Of a stretch of 64,000 nucleotides of DNA, positions 11,220-24,108 are shown piece by piece (position 1 is the first letter of the stretch; each line of letters opens with the position of its first letter). Source of the stretch: Scenedesmus sp. PABB004 (lineage: Eukaryota); contig JABVCE010000040.1 of NCBI GenBank assembly GCA_014905635.1, positions 124,001-188,000 of the forward strand. Reading direction: 5' to 3'. The position numbers were made by a program, and so were the translations under genes. A model generated the notes under the pieces. It did not search any database. It was not told the DNA's origin and saw nothing but the letters and a program-made list of their open reading frames with translations.

Positions 11220-12431
11220 CCGTCGCCGCCGGTTTGAACCGCCGCTGTTACCTTGGGCAGGTCGCGGCAGCGGGGTGCCGCACGCAGCAGCGGCGCATGA
11301 ATTCAGAGAGAGAGGCCGTCAGTGGTGGTCACGTCACGTCAGTGGTCGCGGCGCCGCCCGCCTCTGCTGCGCGGCGCCTGGGCAACAAATCTACACCTTT
11401 TAGGAGGGGGCGCCGTCACACCGGTCCCCCGAAGACTGGGGGAGCCGGCGGGGCGAGGCATTCTGCGCTTTGGCGTGGGGCCAAAGCAACGCGCCAAAGC
11501 AACGCGGCTACGCGGCGGTGCGCGCGCACAAATCGCTCGCTCGCGCACGCTGGGCGCACGCTCTCGCTGGAGACGACCAAGCAACGCTCTCGGGAGGAGG
11601 AGCACGCGTGCGCGCGTCGACATCGACGGCGGCGGGCGGCTCGCTCGGCCCCGCGCGGCGCGGCGCGCGGCGCGCCAGCCTGCCGGCTGGACGCGCGCGC
11701 GCGTCGCGCCGCGCTGCACCCCACGCGGGGTGGGCGGGGCCTCGCTGCCGCCAACAATCGAACCGCGCCCGGGCGTTGCCGCCCGGGGCGAGCCGCATTT
11801 TCTGGAGCTTTCTTCATCATGCCCGCGTGCATGTGTGTGCGGCGCGTGTGTGTGCCGGCAGGTGCGGCAGCAGCAACAGAGTCTGTAGGTGCATCAACAG
11901 CAGCGATGCCCTGCCTCTCACTATTCAAAGGGTGAGACTACTCAAGCGCAAGCTCCCCGCCCCAGATCGGCCCATGGTCGACCAACCAGAGGTGGGTGGT
12001 GCATCGCCGGCCGTGTGCGTGTGCGTGCGCGCGTGATGCGCCGAGCCCGCCCCCGCCCAGCTCCTGCTGCTGCGTCGCGGCCGCGTGGCTAAAACCGCAC
12101 CGCGCGCGCCTGCGCGCGGGCGCCGCCGCCGCCGTGCCGTGCAGCGGCGCGCGCGCGCGGCCGGGGGCCGCGCGGCGGCGCGCCAGGTCAGTGCCGCCCG
12201 CCTGTGTGTCTTCTCTGCCTGTCTGGCCCACGCGGTCAAAAGTCGTCAGTGGCGTCAACGCAGTGCACGCCCCCTCCCGACCCGGGGCCGGGGGCAAAAT
12301 TGAGTTGCTGGGTGGAGCTACATTGGCGGCCGGGGGCGCGCACTGGGCTGCTGCAGCGCGGTGTGCCCGTGCCGGCCGGAGCGGCGCGCGCGCATGCGCG
12401 CGCGCCGGCAGCCGCGGCGGGGCGCCCGGGC

Positions 12432-13828
12432 TCAGTGCTTGCCCCAGCCGCTCTGGAAGCGCACGCCACCGGGGCCCTGCAGGCGGCGGTCCTGGTTCTT
12501 GGTCCAGCCGTTGGGCTGCTTCTCCCACCACGGCTTGGGCGTGGGCTTGGTCCACCACGGCAGCTTCGCCTGGCTCTTGGGCTTGTACCAGCAGGGCACG
12601 TCGCGGTACGACACGCCGATCACGCCCCACTGCTTGCCCGCGAGCTGCGCAGGCGCGCGAGCGCCAGGCGGCGGCGCGGGCGGGCGGGCGGCAGGGTGAG
12701 CGCCGGCGCGCGCGCTCGCGCGGGGGCGCTGCCGCGTCGCAGCTGCGCTGCGCGCGCGCGCCGGCGGCGCGCCGACAGCCCGCCGCGCGCCCGCACGCGC
12801 CGGCGCGGCGCGCACCTTCTCGTACGCCCAGACCGAGAGGTCGAAGTGGTACATGTCGCCGCAGCACCAGCGCTTGTTGCTCGCGTAGTTGTCCGGGTAG
12901 ATGCAGGGGCAGGTGTCGGTGACCATGACGACGACGCTCGAGTAGTCGTTGTAGCACACGTTCTGGCGGTCCAGCCACTGGCCGTAGCCGTCCGAGAAGC
13001 TGCTGGGCTTGCACTTCACCTCCTTGCACTTGCTGCGCGGGCGGCGGGCGGCGGCGGCGCGGGGTGAGCGCCCGCGGCGGCGGCGGCGGGCGCTCTAACT
13101 CTTGAGCAGCAGCAGCTCGCGCGCCGGGTGACGCGGCGCGCGGTGACGCGGCGGCGCCGGCCCGCGGGCTGGGAGCGACCGCCCCGCGCCCGGCGCGCGG
13201 CGGGGCGCGGGGGCTGCTCCGAGCGCAGGAGTGAGGGGCGCCCCGCTGAGGCGCTGACCCCGTTCGTAAACCGACCCGCTCGCGGCGGCCCGGCGCTCAC
13301 CCGCAGCTGCCGGCGTAGTCGCCGGCCTTGTCGGAGATGGCGGCCACGTCCCAGCCTGCGCGAAGAGGGAGGGGGCCGGGGTCAGCCCATCACGCTCACG
13401 CCCCGGCGCCGACGCGGCCCGGATGGCGCGCCCGCTGCGCGTGGCAGGAGCCCGGGCGCGCGCCGGCCGCCCCGGCGCTGCGCACGGCGCCTGGCGGCGG
13501 GATCTGGCGCCGCTGGCGCAGCTGCCGCGCGGCGTCTCACCGGTGGCGACGTTCTTGTCCAGCCAGCCGTAGCCGCAGCTGCCCTTGTGGATGCTCCAGG
13601 CGTCGATGCCTGGGGGCGGCGCGCGCGCGTGTGAGACGGAGCGCCTGGGGCGGGCGCTGCGGCGCGATTGACTGCGCCCCCCGGCGGCGGGGGGGCCCTG
13701 CACGCCCTGCGCGCCGCACCATAGAACGTGGCGCGGCCGCTCTGCCAGCCGCCGAAGCCGTTGCCGTCGGCGGCCGCCAGGCCCGCCAGGAGGCTGCAGA
13801 GCAGCGCGGTGGCCACCAGCGCCGCCAT
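12432..13828 (-). CDS. Expansin-like secreted DPBB protein (5 exons)
   Basis: Signal peptide, WQSGRATFYG, GSCGYG, GSCGKCKEVKC, VMVTDTCPC, HFDLS, GVIGVSYRDVPC. Confidence 0.9.
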
Positions 13829-14715
13829 GGTGCGCCTGCTGCTGATCTGACTGGGCGAACGGTGCGAGGGCGCTGCGCGAGGCAGGCGTCCGAGCGCGCA
13901 GGGGCTGCGGCCGGGCAGGGGCGCGGGGGCGTGGAGGTGGGGGCGCGGGTGCGTGTGGGCTGGACGCAGGGGGCGCCGGGGCAGGAGCAGCGACGGGCCA
14001 GAGTGGCCAAACGGCGGGGCGGGCGCGCTTATGGGCGCGCCGGCCTGCTGCGTGCAGCGCGACGCTTGAGTGCCCGTCGGACGCGCCGCACTGCGCCCGA
14101 CGCACCGCGCAGCGCCGCGGCACGGGCCTGCGGCGCGCGCTACTGGACGTGGCGCGCCAGTGTCAGGCGCCCGGGCGGCCTCTCGACGGGCGAGGGGGGC
14201 GGGCGGAGGCGGTTGCCCGCGCTGCCCGCGCGGTGCGCGGTGCGTTGCCCGTCCCATCGCGCCCGACGCAGCGACGTAGCGTCCCAGAGTTGAATTTGGG
14301 TGGCACCGAGCCCGCCCGCGCGCCGCACAGGTCAGTTTTGTTGGTTGGCGCCCGGATGCAGCAGCGGGCGGCGGGTGACACCGCGCGCCGGCGTCCCCAC
14401 GCGCTGTCCGCGCGCCGAAAAGGTGACTGACGATCTGAAAAGCTGGATCCCGGGCGCGCGGCGCGATCGGAGGCCCCACCGCGCCAGGCCAGGAGTCATG
14501 GCGTGTCTGCTGCCGCCTGTCTGGGTCGAGTACGGGATGCGCCGGGTCACAGGCGCCGGTTTCAGGCGCACAGATCACGCCACACGCCCCTGCGCCCCTA
14601 CCGCGCCGGCTCCGCCGCCGGCGGCCGGCCCAGCCCCGCGGCCAACCCCTCGCAGGGGGGGCTGCGCCGCCCCTGCGCCGCCCCTGCGCTCCCCTGCGCC
14701 GCCCCGGCGCCGCCC

Positions 14716-17700
14716 CTAAAACCTGGCCCAGTAGTAGCCGCCCCCCTCCTCCTCGCTCTCCTCCTCGCTCGCGCCCCAGTAGGCATGCTGCTGCGCGTCG
14801 TGCCAGCGCGCGCCGCCGCCGCCGCCGCGCGCGGCGCCCGCGCGCGCGCCCTGCCCGCCGGCGCCGCCGGCGCCGCCGGCGCCGCCGCGCGGCCGGGCGC
14901 CGCCGCCGGCCGCGCCGTACTGCCGCGACCAGGGGTCGGACGCAAAGCCGAAGCCAAAGCCGGAATAGCCGCCGCCGCCGTAGCCGCCCCCGCCGCCGCC
15001 ATAGGGGTTGTACGCGCGCGGGCCTGCGGCGCGCCGGCGCCTGAGCGGGGGCCCGGCCGTGGGCGCTGCGCAGCCGCGGGGCCGACCGAGCGGCGCGCGC
15101 CGCACCTCCGCCGCCGCGCGCCCCATAGCTCGCATACGGGTCGTGGCTGCCGGCGCGCTCGTCGTCGGCGAGCCCGCGGTCGACCTGCAGCGCACGCGGC
15201 GTGCCCGCCGCCGCGCGTCGGCGCGGCCCGGCGCGCAGCCTCTCTGTGCGAAGCCGCCGCGCCCCGCGCGCGGGCGCGCGCCCGCGCGCCGTGCCCGCGC
15301 GCCGCGCGCCGCGCCTTGCTGCGGCGGGCCTTGTCGCAGAGCTCCTCGTGCGCCGCGCTGAGGTAGCCAAACACCTCGTTCGCCGCCGCCGCGAGCGCCG
15401 CCTCGACGCCGCCCGCGCCGCCGCCCGCGCCGCCGCCCGCGCCGCCGCGCGCGCCGCCGCGCGCGCCGAGCGCGGGCGCCCAGCGGCAGTGCTGCAGCGC
15501 CTTGTCGGGGTGGTGCTTCAGCGCGAGCCGCCGGTACGCCCTGCGCGGCGCGGCGCGGCGCAGCCCCTCGGCCCGCGCCGCAGCCGCGGCCGCGGCCGCG
15601 GCGCAGCCCCCCAGGGCCGCCGCCGCCGCGCCCGCCCAGCCGCCCCGAGCGCGCTGCCGCTGCGCGCGGGGCGCCTGCCCCGGCGGCGGCGGCCGCGCGC
15701 GGGCGGGCACTCACTTGCGGACCTCGTCCTCGGTCGCCGCGCTGGTCAGGCCGAGCAGGCGGTAGTGGTGCGGCGTCTTGAGCCGCCGCGCCGCGGCCTG
15801 CGCCGCCGACAGCTGCGCCTCGTACTTGCGCCGCTCGGCGGGGGTCAGCGCGACGCACGCGCGCTCGGTGAGGTGCCCGCGCTCGCCGACGCCGCCGCCG
15901 CCGGCGCCGCCGGCGCCGTCGCCGCGCGGCGCGGCGAGCACGTCCTGCAGCACCACGACCGCCTGCGCGGGGCGGTGCACCGCCTCCAGCACCGCCGCCA
16001 TCCTGCGGCGCCGCCCGCGGCGGCGGCGGCGGCGGCGCGTGGGCTGCCGCGGCGGCGCGCAGGCCGCCGATACCCGCCGCCGCCGCCACCGCCGCCCCCG
16101 CCGCACCCCTCCTGCCCCGCGCACTGGACCGGCCCCGCGCGCGTGCGCCGCGCCCCGCGCCCCACACACCGCCCCGCGCGCCGCCGCCGCACCGCAGGTA
16201 CGCCTTGCCGTACGAGGGGTCGAGCGCGACGGCACGGCCGCAGTCGGCGAGCGCCTCTGCGTAGCGCTGCAGCGACTGGTACGCCGCCGCGCGGTTGCTG
16301 TGTAGCAGCGCCGCGTAGCCCGCGCTCGGGCGCAGCCCCAGCGCCTGGCTGTACGCCTCGACCGCCGGCTCGTAGCGCTTTGCGCTGACCGCGGCGTTGC
16401 CGGCCGCCTTGAGCGCCGCGAGCTGGGAGAGGCCGGACGCGAGCTCGTCGACCTCGGCCGCGCCCGGCAGCAGCGCGGCCGCGACGCACGCGCGCGCCGC
16501 GCCGCCGCCGGCGGACGCGAGCGCGGACGCGCCCTCCCGCAGCAGCGCCTGCGCCTCCGCCAGGTCGCCCTTCTGCCAGCGGACCTGCGCCTCGAGCCAC
16601 CAGCGCCACGCCACGGCCGGCCCGCCCGGCGCGCCGGCGCCGGCGCTCGCGCCGTGCGCAGGCGGCGCGCACGCGCCCGCCGCGTCGGCGAGCCGCCCCG
16701 CCCGCAGCAGCAGCCACGCCTGCAGCGCCCACGCGTCGTCCCAGTAGGGCATCTCATCGACCAGCGCCGCCGCGTCGCGCAGCAGGCCCTCGGCGTCGCC
16801 CGGCTCGAGCGGCGCGCGCGCGGCCTCGGCGAGCTCGCGCGGCAGCGCCGCCGCGGCGGCCGCCGCCGCCGCCTCGGCGGCGTCCGTCGCCGCGCCGCCC
16901 GCGGCCGCGGCGTTGGCCACCGCGAGCGCGGACAGCAGCGCGCGCGCCGCGCCGTCGCCGACGCCGAGCGCCGCCGCGACGACGCGCGCCTGGCGCGCGC
17001 GCAGACCCTCGACCTGCTGCCGCTTCGCGAGCAGCTCGCGCCAGTGCGGGCTGCTGCCGCTGGACATGTCCAGCACGCGGTCGAGCACACGCTCCGCCTC
17101 GGACAGCTGCCCCAGCTTCACGTGGCACGTCGCCGCGCGGAGGTAGCCCTTTGCAAACTTGGCGCGCACCTGCGCGGCGCCGGCGCCCAGCCGGCAGCGC
17201 GGCGTTTGGGGCTCCGCGCGGCGGCAGCGGCGGCCGCGCGGCGGCGCGGCGGCGCACCCGGATGCTGGCCAGCGCGTCGTCGAGCGCGTCGCGCGGGCGG
17301 TGCAGCCCGAGGCGCGCGCTCGCGCGGTGGTTGTGCAGCTGCGCGAGCAGCGCCGCCGCCGCGTCGCTCGCGGCGGCAAAGGGCGACAGCGCGTAGATGC
17401 CTTGAGTGAACTCGCGCTCGCTCTTCTCAAACTGCCGCTGGTCCCAGCTGACGCGCGCGCGCGCGACCCAGTCCTCGGCCGCCCGCAGCGCCTGCTGCTC
17501 CGCCGGCATGGCCGTCGGCGGCGGCGGCGGCGGGGCCGTCGTCGCCGCCGACGCCGCGCCAGACTGCCCGGCCTTGCGCGCCGCCGTCCTGGCGCCCGGC
17601 GCCTTGCCCCTGGCGCTGCCGTGCGCGGCCTTGGCCGGCGACGGCCCCGCGCCGGCGGCGCCCATGCTGAAGGCTGGCGGCGCGCCGACGCCGCCGCCGC

Positions 17701-19657
17701 CGCCGCCGCCGCGCGGCGCCACCGGGGCCGGCTGCTGCTGCGGCTGCTGGCTGGGCCGGACCGCGGCCACCCTGCGGCGCCCGGGCGTGCCGCCTGCGGG
17801 CTGCTGCGGCGGCGGCGCCGCGGCGAACACCGGGCCGGCATGCCCTGCTGCTGCTGTTGCGCTGCTGCTGCTGCTGCCGCTGCTGCTGCCGCTGCCGCCG
17901 CCGCTGGCCGTGCCCGCCGGGGGCTGCCACGCTGGGAACGTGGGCGCCGCTGGCGCTGGCGCCGGCTCCGGCGGCGGCCGGGCGGCCTTGCCCGGGGTGT
18001 GCTGCTTGCGCACCCGCGCACCCTTGGTCGGCGTGGTCGCGGCGGACTTGCCCAGAGTGAAGCCAGCAAAGGCGTCTGCCGCCGCCGCGACTGCCGCTGC
18101 AGCCGCCGCGCCCGCGGCCTCCTGCTGCTCCTGTGCGGCAGGCGCTGCCGCCGACGCGCCAGGCGGCAGCTGCTTGGGCTGCGCCGGCGGCGCTGGCCGG
18201 TGCTCGCGGGGCGGCCGCTCCGGCTCCGGCAGAATGCCTTCAGTCTTGGCCAGCGCGCTCCGAACGGCTGCGCCAGCCGCCGCGCGCTCCTCCGCTTGCT
18301 GCTGCTGCTGCTGCTGCTTCTGCTCCGCCTGCGGCACAGGCTCGCCCTGCAAGCCCAGGCCGCGCAGCCGCTCCGCGACGCCCTCCGCCGCTGCGGGGGC
18401 CTCAGGCGCGCGGGCGCCTGCCGCCGCCTCGAACCCCCCTGCGCGCTCGCCGGCGTGAGCGCCAGCTGCTGTCGGTCGCGTGTCGTCCGCCGCCACGCTG
18501 CCGCTCACCCCCATGGCTGCAAAGGCAGCATTCAGCCGCGCCGCCACGGCCGCGAGGTCTGGCTGTGCACCAGCTGCCGCCGCCGCCGCAGCCGCGGCCG
18601 GCCCCGCCGTGCTCGAGCCCGCGCCCGCGCTCGCTTCCGCCGGCACCGGCGCTGGCGCCGCGCTGGCGCCGGGTGTGGCAGCTGCGGCGGCGGCGACGCC
18701 GTCGGCCGGGCTCCAGGCCATGGGGCTCTGGCCCGGCGCGGGGCTCAGGCCCGGCGTGCTGCCCGCGCCCGGCGTGGCGCCGGGAAACGCGAAGCCCCCG
18801 GAGCTTGACGGCGCGCCGCCCCGCCCCTGCGGCGCCGCAGCTGCTGCTGACGGCGCGGGCGGGAAAGCAAAGGGGCCGCTGCCCGCGGCCGGCGCGGGCG
18901 AGCCGAAGCTGGCAAACGGGGCGGGCGTGGGCGGCGCGTTTGCGGCGCCGCCGCCGCCGCTGCCGCCGCCGCCGCTGCGGCCGCGTGCGCGCGGCGTGCT
19001 GCGCCGCGCCTGCTGCCCGGGCGTGCCCTGCTCGGCGCCTGCGGGCGCGGCGTGGGGCGGCGTGAGCGGGTGCGGAGGCGCGCAGCGGCTGGGCCGGCCG
19101 CCTGCGCGCGAGCTCGCCGCGGCGGCGGCGCGCGCGCCAGCCCCGCGCTCACCCAGGGTGAAGCTGAAGCCGCCGCTGGCCCCGGCAGGGCTGGCCGCCT
19201 CGCCGCCGGCCGCGCCAAAGCCGGCAAACGGCACGCGCGCGTCCGCCCGCCCCGCGGCCGCCCAGGGGTCGGCGGGGCTGGCGCCGCCGGACGTGGCGCC
19301 GCCGCCGGCGGTGGACGGCGTGGCGAACAAGAGGCGCTTGCCGGTCACCGCCCCGCCGCGCGCGCCCGGGCCGGAGCCGGCGCCGCTGCTGTCGGCGCGG
19401 GGCGCGGCGCCAAAGAAGCCGCCGAAAGCGGCGGGCGTGGCGAGGCGCTGCGTGTCCACCGCCATCGCGCTGAACGGCACCGCGCTCGGCGGCGGCGCGG
19501 TGGGCATGCCCCCGTCGCTCGTGGACATCGCAGAGCCCGGCGGCGCGCCCGCCGCCGGCGGCGCCGGCGCCGCGCCGGGCGGCCCGAACGCAAACGGCGG
19601 CGTGCCGGCGCCCGCCGCCGCGGCGCCACCCCGAGCGGCGAGCCGAACGTAAAGCCC

Positions 19658-19726
<69 letters not shown>

Positions 19727-20235
19727 GGCGGCTGCTGCTGCTGGCCGCCCCCGCCGCCGCCGCCACGCCGCTGGCCGAATGCCGCGGCGCCGGGGCTCTC
19801 GTACGCGGCCTGGAGGCTGTTGAGCATCGCCGCCCACGACGGCATGTCTGCGCCGCCCGCACCCGCGCCCGCCGCCCGCGCCCGCGGCGGCGCGGCGGCG
19901 GCGCCGTTGTCGGGCGCTTGCTTGGCGTCGGGCTTGTCGCCGCCGTCGGCCGCGGCAAAGCGCGGGCGGCCAAACGCGGGCGCCGCGTTGGCGTCCAGCT
20001 CCGCGAAAGCCGCGTCCGCGGCAAAGGCGATGCCGGAGCCCGGCGGCGCGCGCGCGGCGTGGTTGATCGGCTTGGTCGGCGGCCGCGCGGCGCCGCGCGC
20101 CTTGCCGCCGCGCCCGGGCGTCCTGGTGCCGCCGCCCGCGGCGGCGCCCTCCGCGCCGCTGCCGAGGGTGAAGGCCAGGCCGCGGCCGCCACCGGCCGGC
20201 GTGCCCAGGTCCATGGGCGAGCCAAAGGTGGCCAT
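14716..20235 (-). CDS. TPR-repeat protein with C-terminal J domain (DNAJC7/TPR2-like) and long disordered N-terminus
   Basis: TPR segments LHNHRASARLGL, KGYLRAATCHVKLG, KAAGNAAVSAKRYEPAVEAYSQAL and LHSNRAAAYQSL. J domain HYRLLGL...EDEVRK|AYRRLALKHHPDK. Confidence 0.88.
19659..19725 (-). repeat. (CAG)n poly-Gln tract within the TPR-DnaJ gene
   Basis: Long tgc/ctg run on + strand encoding a ~22-Gln tract. Confidence 0.9.
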
Positions 20236-20729
20236 GGCGGCGCCCTGCGGGCGGGGCGGCGGCGGCGGCGCGCGGGTGCTGCCGCTGCCGCGCCGCCGGC
20301 GCGCCGCGCGACCGCCGCGCCGGCCTGGGGGTGCGAGGGCGTGGGGCGCCTGCCGACGGCCACGCAAGCAGCGCCTGGGAGCCGCGCCCGCGCGCACCCC
20401 GCGACAGCACGCGCCGGCAGGGCTGCGGGGCTGCTCAGGGCAGCGCTTGCATGCTTCTGGCGATCTCCGAGCGGCGCGAGCTGCGCTGCGGATCGGCGGT
20501 GCGGCGAGGCAACGGCCCGCCGCCGCTGATGCCCACCCCCACGCCGCTGGCGGCGACAACTCACGAGTCGCCCTGCTCGCTAGGTCACGGTCTGACGGCG
20601 CGCGCGGCGCCTGCCAGCGCCTGGGCGACAGGAACGCCGCCGGTCGCCGCTCGTTCAAGTCGCGACGCCGCGCTTCAGGTCTCAACGCGCCGACCGCCCC
20701 GCCACGCGCACGCGCACGCGCCGCCGCAG

Positions 20730-21745
20730 TCACTTGCCCTTGTGCAGCCGCCACTCCGCCTCGAAGCCGTACACGCCCACGCTCTCGCCCGCGCGCTCGC
20801 AGTATTCGCTCCAGTCGTCGCGCAGGTCGACGTCGCTCCACACGCTGCCGCCCGCACTCGTGACCACAAACCCGTCCTCTGCGGCGGGGCGGCAGCAGCG
20901 GCGGAGGCTGCTGTTTGGCCACACCACTGCGCGCAGAGCCGCGCTGCGTGGCCCGGCGGCCGCCGCCGCCGCCCGCTCTCGCCGCGCGCCTGGGTGGAAG
21001 GCGGTCGGCTCGATGCCCCGGCACTCAAACGCGACGATCGGCACAAACTTGCCGTCGTCCTCGCCTGCGGCGCGCGGCAGGCCCGGCGCGCGGGCGCGGG
21101 AACCGTCGGCGCGCCGCCTCCTCTGTGTGCCGCCGGCGCGCCGCTGCGCGGCCGCGCCGCCGCCGCTGCGCCGCGGGGCGCCGCCGCTGCTTCGTCGCGC
21201 CTGTGGCGGGCCGCGTGACGCCCTTGAGCTGCATCACGTTGATGCTGCACTCGTGCCGCGAGTCCTTGGCAAACTTCATGACTGCAGTGCGGCGCGGGTG
21301 CGCACCAGCCGCCGCGGTGTGGTGCATCAGCGACGTGCCGAGCTCGACGCGGCGCAAGGCCGCGGCGGCGGGGCGCATGCGCGCGCGGCAGCGGCCGGCG
21401 CGCGGCGGCTGGCGCACGGCGGGCGCGGGCGTGCGGCGCCGCACCGAAGTTGGCGGTGCCCTTGCTGCCCGCGAGGTCATGCTCGTCGGTGCCGGTTACG
21501 TACACGCGCTCGCGCGCCTCCGAGCCCGCGCTCTCCTTGACCTGCGCGGCGCGGCGCGGCGGCGGGGGTGGCGCGGCGCGGGCGGCGCGCGGGCGCCGCG
21601 GCGCCTCGCCGGCGGCGGCGGCGGCACGGCCGGCGCGGCCGCGGCCGCTGCTGCGCACGTCGATGCAGAAGCGGTGCGCCGGCGTGATCTCGAGCTTGCC
21701 GATGTTCTCAAAGTCCGCCTTCAGGCACAGCAAGAAGGTCGGCAT
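20730..21745 (-). CDS. CZIB: DUF866/UPF0587 (CZIB/C1orf123-like) protein (5 exons)
   Basis: [60 protein letters not shown]. Confidence 0.88.
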
Positions 21746-21821
21746 CGCCGCCCCGCCGCGCCGCGCGGCGCCGCGCTCGCCGCCGCCGCTCGCCGCCGCC
21801 GCTCGCCGCTGCCGCCGGTGT

Positions 21822-21852
<31 letters not shown>

Positions 21853-22265
21853 CGCCGCTGGTGACTTTCAAGGGTGCGCGGCGTCACGACCGGTGCAGAG
21901 CGAGCGAGCGGTTGTGCGGCGGCGGCAGCGGCGTGTGCGGCAGCGCGTCGCGACGCGGGCAGCGTTGCTGCCGCGGCGGTTCAGCTCCGTTCACCATTCA
22001 CCGCAGCGCCGTCGGCCGTCCACAGCTCCAGGTCCACGCCAATCGCAGTGCGCCCGCCCCCTGCCGCGCCAACCCCCCGCTGCTGCTGTGCGCCGCGCCG
22101 CGCCGCAGCTCGGCGGCCCCAGCTCAACCCGTCAGCCCCGGCCAGCCACAGCGTCCCCGGAGCAGGACCTGTGCGTCGGGGGGCGCGGCGGCCGCGGCGG
22201 CCGGAGCGGACGCGCCGGCGGGGCACGAGCGCCGCTTGCCTCGCGCTGCTGCGCGGCTGCCATCG

Positions 22266-23887
22266 ATGGCGGCGCCGGCGACGTTCGGCCTCAGCCAGCC
22301 CGCGCGCACGCTGCGCGCGGTGCCGGGCGTGGCGTGCAGCCAGTGGCTGGTGGGCACGACGTCGCTGCGCGAGGAGAACGAGGTGCGGCTGCTGGAGCAC
22401 GACGCTGGCCAGGATCAGCTCCTGTCGCGCGGCAGCTGGGCGCACGCGGACGAGGTCTGGGACGCGGCGGCGTGCCCGGGCGACGCGTCGCGGCTCGCCA
22501 CGGTGCACAGCAAAGGTGCGCGGCCGCGCGGGGCGACGAGCGGCGAGCGGCGCGCGGCGCGCGGCGGCGCGCGGCGGCGTGCGGCGGCGCGGCTGCGACG
22601 CGGCGCCGCCCGCGCGCGCCCGCAGCCGGCGCGTACGGCGCGACGCTGTGGCAGGCGCGGGCGGGCGTGGCGCAGCTGGAGCCGCTGGCGCAGCTGCCGC
22701 ACGAAGGCGTCGTGCGGCGGTGCGCGGCGCGGGGCAAATGCGCCGCGGCGGCGCGGTGGTGGCGGCGGCGCGCCCACGCGCAGCGCCCCTCGCGCACGCA
22801 CGCGCGCCCGACCGCGCTCGCCCCGCCGCAGGGTGCTGTGGACGCAGCTCGACCCGCAGCACCTGCTGACGGTCGAGCAGGGCGCCCTGCGCACGTGGGC
22901 GGTCGGCGCGGGCGGCGTGCAGGTGCGGCCGCGCGCGTGCCTCGCGAGCGCCGGCGCGGGCGCGCAGCGCTGAGCCGCCTCGCCGCGCGCCGCGCGCCGC
23001 GCGCCGCAGCCGCTCGCGGCCGGCCGCGCGGGCGAGCTGGAGCGGCTCTGGACGGCGGCGCGGCACCCGACCGACCCCAAGCAGGCGCTCGTCGCGTCGG
23101 GCGGCGGCGTGCAGCTGTGGGACACGCACGCGATGGCCGCGGCCGGCGGCGTCGCGGCGGCGCACCGCATGCGCGCCTGGGACGTGAGCTGGGCGCCGCA
23201 CAACCCCCACCGCTTTGCCACGGGCGGCGACGACGGCGCGCTGCGCTTCTGGGACACGCGGTGAGCGCGCCGCGGCGCGGCGGCTTGGCGGCGGGGCTCG
23301 GCAGCGGGGCGTGCGCGCGCGGCGGTTCGGCGGGCCGGGCCCCCCTCCCCTTCACGCCGGGCGGCCGCGCGCGCGCGCGCACGCAGCGCGCTGTCGCGGC
23401 GCGAGCCGCTGCTGGAGCTGAGCGGTCACAGCCACTGGGTGTGGGCGGTCGCGTACAGCCCGCACCACGAGCAGCTGCTGCTCAGCAGCAGCACCGACAC
23501 GACCGTATGCGTGTGGTTCGCCCCCGACCTCGCACGCGCCAAGGGCCCCGACCCGCCGACGACGCAGCTCGGCCGCCGCAGCGGCGGCGGCGGCGCCGCG
23601 CGGTGCGCCGCGCGGCGCGGCGCGGCGCGGCGCGGCGCGCGGGCCGCGGCCGCCGCCCCCCGGCCCGCGCGCGAGCGCCGCCGCCGCCGCCGCCGCCGCC
23701 GCTGCCGCCGCGGCGCAGGCCCGGCGGCGCCGACGGGCGCGGCGCGGCGTTTGACGAGCACGAGGATAGCGTGTACGGCCTCGCCTGGTCGGCGTCCGAC
23801 CCCTGGCTCTTTGCGAGCCTCTCCTACGACGGCCGGCTCGTCGCCAACCGCGTGCCGAAGCAGCTCAAGTACAAGATCCTCATCTGA
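22266..23887 (+). CDS. EIPR1: WD40 protein EIPR1/TSSC1 (DWA2-like)
   Basis: [75 protein letters not shown]...KYKILI*. Confidence 0.92.
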
Positions 23888-24108
23888 CCCGCGGCGGCGC
23901 TGCGGGAGCGCCGCGGCGCTGCGACGCGCGCTGAGCCCCGCCCGAGAACCTCGTGAGCGCGTGTGCTGGCAACCCGTCATGCCCGCCCTCCCAGCTGCCT
24001 CCGGATTGCCAGAGCACGCTCGCAAGCACAGAGCGCCGCCGCAGCGTCTGCCGCCGCCGCTCGCGAGGCCGCGCGCTGGCTGCGGCGCCCGCCGCCTCCA
24101 GCGCGCGC

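Noticed and set aside
11700..11940. ATGATGA (- strand, ~11821-11815) as snoRNA box C or SECIS; exon-like piece 11862-11931
   Set aside because: No matching box D or convincing stem, and no coherent gene model.
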